Positions 58,901 through 64,000 of a stretch of 64,000 nucleotides of DNA are shown in pieces. Below the pieces are notes generated by a model. That model ran no database searches. It worked only from the letters and a program-made list of their open reading frames with translations, and had not been told where the DNA came from. The DNA is from Zootoca vivipara (Eukaryota). The position numbers were made by a program, and so were the translations under genes. Location of the stretch: positions 4,464,001 through 4,528,000 of the forward strand of contig NC_083277.1 of NCBI RefSeq assembly GCF_963506605.1, read 5' to 3'. The number at the start of each line of letters is the position of its first letter. Position 1 is the first letter of the stretch.

Positions 58901-60512
58901 AGAAAGGTGGAGAGGGAAGCTGTGCCCATCAAAGATGCACGGAGGAGAGGTGGATAAAAATGGGCACTTGGGGGAGGTAGCAGAGCACAAATAGAATCGT
59001 AGAGACATGGAGTTGGAAGGGACCCCAAGGGTCATCTAGTCTAAAGCCCTGCAATGCACACTGAGTGTGAAAGGAGAAAGGCAGAAGAAAATGGTAGGAT
59101 ATTAATAAAAATGGCAAGAGGCATGTAGAGGAGAGAAGGGGAGGGGAATGCTTCTCTGTTTAGAGTTATTAGATCAAGGTATCCTGCACAAAAGGGAAAG
59201 GTTGAGTCACAATGCCTAGGGAACCAGTGCTTATGCTCAGTTTGAGAAAAGTTGGACTATGGAACTCATTGCAACGTGGAAAGAATGTCATAGTTTGCAT
59301 CTAAATTATGACTGTTGTCCTTAGTAGTTTCTAGCCATTTTAAATCGGCCCTAGGGAGATAAGGTGTGAGAATCTCTGCCACAATGAATTACATGGTGTT
59401 AGGTTTTTTTCTTTTTAATTGCCTCGGAATGCACACTGATGGAGAGACCGTTTGGAGGGGGCTGCCCAAAGCAGGTATACCCTTTTGTGATTTTAATCCC
59501 TCTCTGCTTTAAATGTGATTTGGAGAGGCTAATCTCTAAAGATATAGGCCTGGTTCTCTTATTTATGTTACGGCTACTAAATCCTCTCCTCTTCCTTTCA
59601 GATGCAGGCTATTGCACCAAATGTCCAGATGATCAGCATCCAAACAAGGGCCAAGATCAATGTGTCCCCAAAATTACCACTTTCCTTGCCTACACAGAAC
59701 CTTTGGGCCTCATCCTAGCTTCCTTTGCCCTATCTTTGTCCATAACCACAGTGTTTGTTCTAGGAATCTTCATTAAAAAGAAGGAAACTCCGATAGTCAA
59801 AGCCAACAACCAGGACCTCTCCTACATCCTCCTTGTCTCCCTTCTGCTTTCCTTTTTGTCCTCCTTCCTCTTCATCGGCCAGCCAAGGAAAGTGGCCTGC
59901 CTTCTCAGGCAAACAGCCTTCAGCATCATCTTCTCAGTTGCTGTTTCTTCTGTGTTGGCAAAAACCATCACGGTGGTGCTTGCCTTCCTGGCCACAAAGC
60001 CAGGGAACAGGGTGAGGAGATGGCTGGGGAAGACCTTTGCCAATGCCATTGTCCTTTCCTGTTCCAGTGTCCAAGTTGTCATCTGCACCATCTGGCTAGG
60101 GATCTCTCCTCCTTTCCCTGATTCTGACAAGCACTCCCAGGCTGGGGAGATCATCCTGCAATGTAACGAAGGATCTGTTGCGATGTTTTACACTGCCCTC
60201 GGCTACATGGGCTTCCTGGCTGCCATCTGCTTCACAGTGGCTTTCCTGGCCAGGAAGCTTCCAGGATCCTTCAATGAAGCCAAGCTGATCACCTTCAGCA
60301 TGCTGGTCTTCTGCAGTGTTTGGGTGTCCTTTGTGCCCACCTACCTGAGCACCAAGGGGAAGTACATGGTAGCCGTGCAAATCTTTTCTATCTTGACTTC
60401 CAGTGCTGGGCTTCTGGGCTGCATCTTCATCCCCAAGTGTTACATTATTATACTAAGGCCTGATCTGAATACAAAAGAGCACCTTTCAACAAAAACAAAA
60501 GATCGCATTTGA
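49872..60512 (+). CDS. Vmn2r: Vomeronasal type-2 receptor V2R-3, 852 aa; join(49872-50077,51906-52197,54913-55707,56107-56334,58026-58152,59602-60512)
   Basis: Exons of 206/292/795/228/127/911 nt, GT-AG introns, open frame of 2559 nt; start chosen by homology (MISLLL), with an in-frame ATG also at 49842. Confidence 0.94.
50273..50953 (+). mobile_element. CR1 LINE, 5'-truncated
   Basis: [12 protein letters not shown]...; one frameshift; CR1 tail. Confidence 0.95.
52551..53040 (-). mobile_element. Old CR1 ORF2 endonuclease fragment
   Basis: [12 protein letters not shown]...ILDLALT motifs. Confidence 0.8.
53270..53590 (-). mobile_element. 3' end of the non-coding L1-like family
   Basis: Matches 26290-26600 (accaattatatcat..aattat...tcaagcgagatt). 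Confidence 0.6.
54039..54309. mobile_element. hAT-type MITE
   Basis: TIR catagctgccaagtctc / gagacttggcagctatg; perfect 8-bp TSD gccctcat. Confidence 0.88.
54433..54867 (-). mobile_element. RTE-BovB 3' fragment
   Basis: Reverse complement of about 33005-33451 ([10 protein letters not shown]...RGRQRMR). Confidence 0.92.
55907..55945. repeat. (TG)n microsatellite
   Basis: Directly visible. Confidence 0.95.
56375..56743. mobile_element. Tc1-like non-autonomous element
   Basis: TA-caggtgaaac..aaaattagaatatcgtcgaaaagtgcatt / aatgcacttttcaacgatattctaattttt..gtttcacctg-TA. Confidence 0.88.
57559..57881. mobile_element. hAT-Charlie-like MITE
   Basis: Ends ggtcagcaa / ttgccgaccactg; absent from paralogous introns; TSD imperfect. 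Confidence 0.6.
58201..58858 (+). mobile_element. L2 3' fragment interrupted by a palindromic Penelope-like remnant (58510-58693)
   Basis: L2 LHWLPV region; insert flanked by the 12-bp duplication aactacctgaca. Confidence 0.85.
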
Positions 60513-61318
60513 TACTTAGTTCTAAAGAAAGGGACCATGTTCTAAGGAAAGAAAAGGGGCCAGAATCCTGGCTTCCTTTGGAGGCAAACAAAATTCTCAA
60601 AAAAAAAATATAGAACCTCCTGCTTCCTAAAATATTTCCCAGTTCTCTGTTCTTTTTCCATACCATATGCCTGCTCAGTAGTGGCACCCATCCTGCAGAA
60701 CGCCCCCCCCATCAGATGTCAAGTAGAGAAAAAACTATACAACTTTTAGAAGACATCTGAAGGCAGGCCTGTTGAAAGGCTCATGCATGAAGTAATCATG
60801 TAAAAAAATGCTATGAAAGTGCCTTGAAAGGTGTGCTTTTTGCTCACTCTTTGGAGAGTGGGCCAATTTGTGCTGCAGCTTGAATAAACCTGTGCTTTTT
60901 CCACACACTGATGTCTTTGTTGGCTCTAAGAACCGGCGTAGCCTAGACCCTCTCTGGTAGGGTAAAACCCTGAGCCTATTTCAATGTTCTCAGGCCTACT
61001 AAAATATCAATAGATTCATTGCAATATATGCTGATCTACTGATTGTCGAGAGGGGGGGATACATTCAGATGAGGCAGATCTACTAATATTTGGTCGTACA
61101 TTAATTTTTCGTAAATTCACAACAAATCAGCAATTAACTCTGCATCTGTTGCTCCTTCAGTCAGGCAACGTCTGTTCATAGAAGCTGTGCATTCTATGGC
61201 TTTGAGGGACAAGTTCAATTTCTTTTCCTATTAGGGTAAAGAATACTGGGCGAGTTGGAGCAATTCAGTAGGAGGCAACCTCAGACCTGCAAAATATTCA
61301 GGATAATATCCTTCAGAA

Positions 61319-61641
61319 CAGGGGTAGGCAACCTAAGGCCCATGGACAGGATGCGGCCCAATTGCCTTCTCAATCCGGCCCACGGATGGTCCGGGAAGCA
61401 GCGTGTTTTTACATTAGTAGAATGTGTCCTTTTATTTAAAATGCATCTCTGGGTTATTTGTGGGGCCTGCCTGGTGTTTTTACATGAGTAGAATGTGTGC
61501 TTTTATTTAAAATGCATTTCTGGGTTATTTGTGGGGCATAGGAATTCATTCATTTCCCCCCCCCAATAAAATAGTCTGGCCCACCACATGGTCTGAGGGA
61601 CAGTGGACCAGCCCACGGCTGAAAAAGGTTGCTGACCCCTG
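61319..61641. mobile_element. hAT-Charlie non-autonomous element (family of 3983-4230) with an internal ~72-bp duplication
   Basis: TIR cagggg / cccctg; TSD cttcagaa/cttcagag. Confidence 0.85.
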
Positions 61642-62068
61642 CTTCAGAGCATCCATGGTTTGTGATTGATTCGAGAGAATCAACAAAAATGGTGGATTTA
61701 CTCTGACCGATAGGATAGTAAAATCTCCCCCATGCTCAGAAGAAGGGAGGCATTACTGCTTGCTTGAGGAGGGAAGAGGAATGAATAGGCACACTGCACA
61801 ATGCCGGTATGTGGTAGTTGAAATGGAGCCTAAAAAAATGAGCCGAGTTGTAGCTAGGAGGGGTGGGGGCACTGTGTCTCTCCTGGGAATTACGTGGTGG
61901 CTCTGTTAGGATTTTAGCTATTCTTAGCTGCTACAGCAAGGACTGTTAGGTTTGGTGTACATCACATGAGTGTCTCAGAGAGTGTGAGAATGGAAGTCTG
62001 TCTTATCTCTTCCGCCTAAGTGTTGTTATTGTATGTTACTTTCACTTCTGTCGTGTCACAGTTCTGTA

Positions 62069-62919
62069 CAGTCATACCTCGGTTTAAGTACGCTTCGGTT
62101 TGAGTACTTTCAGTTTAAGTACTCCGCGAACCCGTCTGGAACAGATTAATCCACTTTCCATTACTTTCAATGTGAAAGTTCGCTTCAGTTTATGAACGCT
62201 TCAAGTTAAGTACTCCGCGGACCATCTGGAACGGATTAATCCACTTTCCATTACTTTCAATGGGAAATTTCGCTTCAGGTTAAGTACGCTTCAGGTTAAG
62301 TATGGACTTCCAGAACCAATTACACTCATACCTCGGGTTAAGTACGCTTCAGGTTGAGTACTCCGTGGACCCGTCTGGAATGGATTAATCCACTTTCCAT
62401 TACTTTCAATGGGAAAGTTCACTTCAGGTTAAGTACGCTTCAGCTTAAGTACGGACTTCCAGAACCAATTACACTCATACTTTGGGTTAAGTACGCTTCA
62501 GGTTGAGTACTCCGCGGACCTGTCTGGAACGGATTAATCCACTTTCCATTACTTTCAATGGGAAAGTTCACTTCAGGTTAAGTACGCTGGCTTCAGTTTA
62601 AGTACTCCGCGGACCATCTGGAACGGATTAATCCACTTTCCATTACTTTCAATGGGAAAGTTTGCTTCAGGTTAAGTACGCTTCAGGTTAAGTACGGACT
62701 TCCAGAGCCAATTACACTCATACTTCGGGTTAAGTACGCTTCAGGTTGAGTACTCCGCGGACCCATCTGGAACGGATTCAATGGGAAAGTTCGCTTCAGG
62801 TTAAGTACGCTTCAGTTTAAGTACAGACTTAAACTGTACAGAACCAATTGTGTAAGTACAGAACCAATTGTGTACTTAAAGTACAGAACCAATTGTGTAC
62901 TTAAACCGAGGTACCACTG
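62069..62919. mobile_element. pogo/Tigger-like MITE filled with tandem repeats
   Basis: TA-cagtcatacctcggtttaagtac ... gtacttaaaccgaggtaccactg-TA; internal ~90-bp and ~58-bp units. Confidence 0.88.
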
Positions 62920-63100
62920 TACTCTTGTTCAGAGAACACCGACGTGCTTATGAAGGCTCTGTATATAGCTTGTAAAATAAACATAGCTTAGAACTACGGA
63001 TGTTTCTCTCTTCTTGGCTGCATGATGCTAGAAGACCTGTGTGCTCTTCTCAAGTGAGGAGGGTCACAGATAGGCACTCTGGAGTGAAGGGACATGCCAT

Positions 63101-63697
63101 TCCTGCCCGTGGACTGTCTTGCCAGAGTGGTGCATGCTCTAGTTATCTCCCGCTTGGACTACTGCAATGCGCTCTATGTGGGGCTACCTTTGAAGGTGAC
63201 CCGGAAACTGCAACTAATCCAGAATGCGGCAGCTAGACTGGTGACTGGGAGCAGCCGCCGAGACCACATAACACTGGTCTTGAAAGATCTACATTGGCTC
63301 CCAGTACGTTTCCGAGCACAATTCAAAGTCTTGGTGCTGACCTTTAAAGCCCTAAATGGCCTCGGTCCAGTATACCTGAAGGAGCGTCTCCACCCCCATT
63401 GTTCAGCCCGGACACTGAGGTCCAGCACCGAGGGCCTTCTGGCGGTTCCCTCATTGCGAGAAACCAAGTTGCAGGGAACTAGGCAGAGGGCCTTCTCGGT
63501 GGTGCCCTGTGGAACGCCCTCCCAACAGATGTCAAAGAGGAAAACAACTACCAGACTTTTAGAAGACATCTGAAGGCAGCCCTGTTCAGGGAGGCTTTTA
63601 ATGTTTAATAGATTACTGTGTTTTATTTTTCTGTTGGAAGCCGCCCAGAGTGGCTGGGGAGACCCAGCCAGATGGGCGGGGTATAAATAATAATATA

Positions 63698-63748
<51 letters not shown>
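63101..63748 (+). mobile_element. L2 3' fragment with (TTA)n tail
   Basis: VHALVISRLDYCNALY...LHWLPV. Confidence 0.92.
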
Positions 63749-63750
<2 letters not shown>

Positions 63751-64000
63751 CAGAGGAGCCTTGGAGTCCAGCGTCTCCAAGAGAGCGTCATCCCAACAGG
63801 CTCGGGCACCTGCAGGCTATGCAATGCCCAAAAGGGCAGTGTGGGGGCATGCATCTGCCCACTGCCACCCCCTGAGCCACTCTGCAGTTGAGGGGGAGTC
63901 AGCAGGCAGTCTCCCTACAGGCTCTGCACAGCTCGAAAAAGCAACACAGGCCTGCAGGGTGCCATAGTGGAACGGGGCTAAGGCACTGAGATTCTGGCAT

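Overview
Eukaryotic, repeat-rich DNA from a squamate reptile, most likely a lacertid lizard (Sauria SINE, Squam3-type SINE with a (CTT)n tail, BovB, lizard-type CR1/L2/Penelope). The window is part of a vomeronasal type-2 receptor (V2R, class C GPCR) cluster. It holds three complete six-exon V2R genes on + (5696-13668, 29119-38422, 49872-60512), all with GT-AG introns and open frames, and the start codon of a fourth, divergently oriented V2R at the left edge on -. All four share an upstream non-coding module of about 250 bp (E-box, TAATTA and an O/E-like site). Between V2R-1 and V2R-2 lie a 12-finger, minisatellite-like C2H2 zinc-finger exon on -, a relic of a second copy, and a Ty1/copia relic split by a non-coding L1-like insertion. 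Between V2R-2 and V2R-3 is an intact, very young 4961-bp Ty3/gypsy element (single 1356-aa ORF, 376-bp LTRs with one visible mismatch, 5-bp TSD). The rest is nested TEs: hAT and Tc1/mariner MITEs, Helitrons (one carrying a 62-bp minisatellite), Penelope-like remnants with a hammerhead-ribozyme motif, and solo LTRs. All calls were made by eye. TE family names come from recall of consensus sequences, not database searches, and boundaries without TSDs are approximate.
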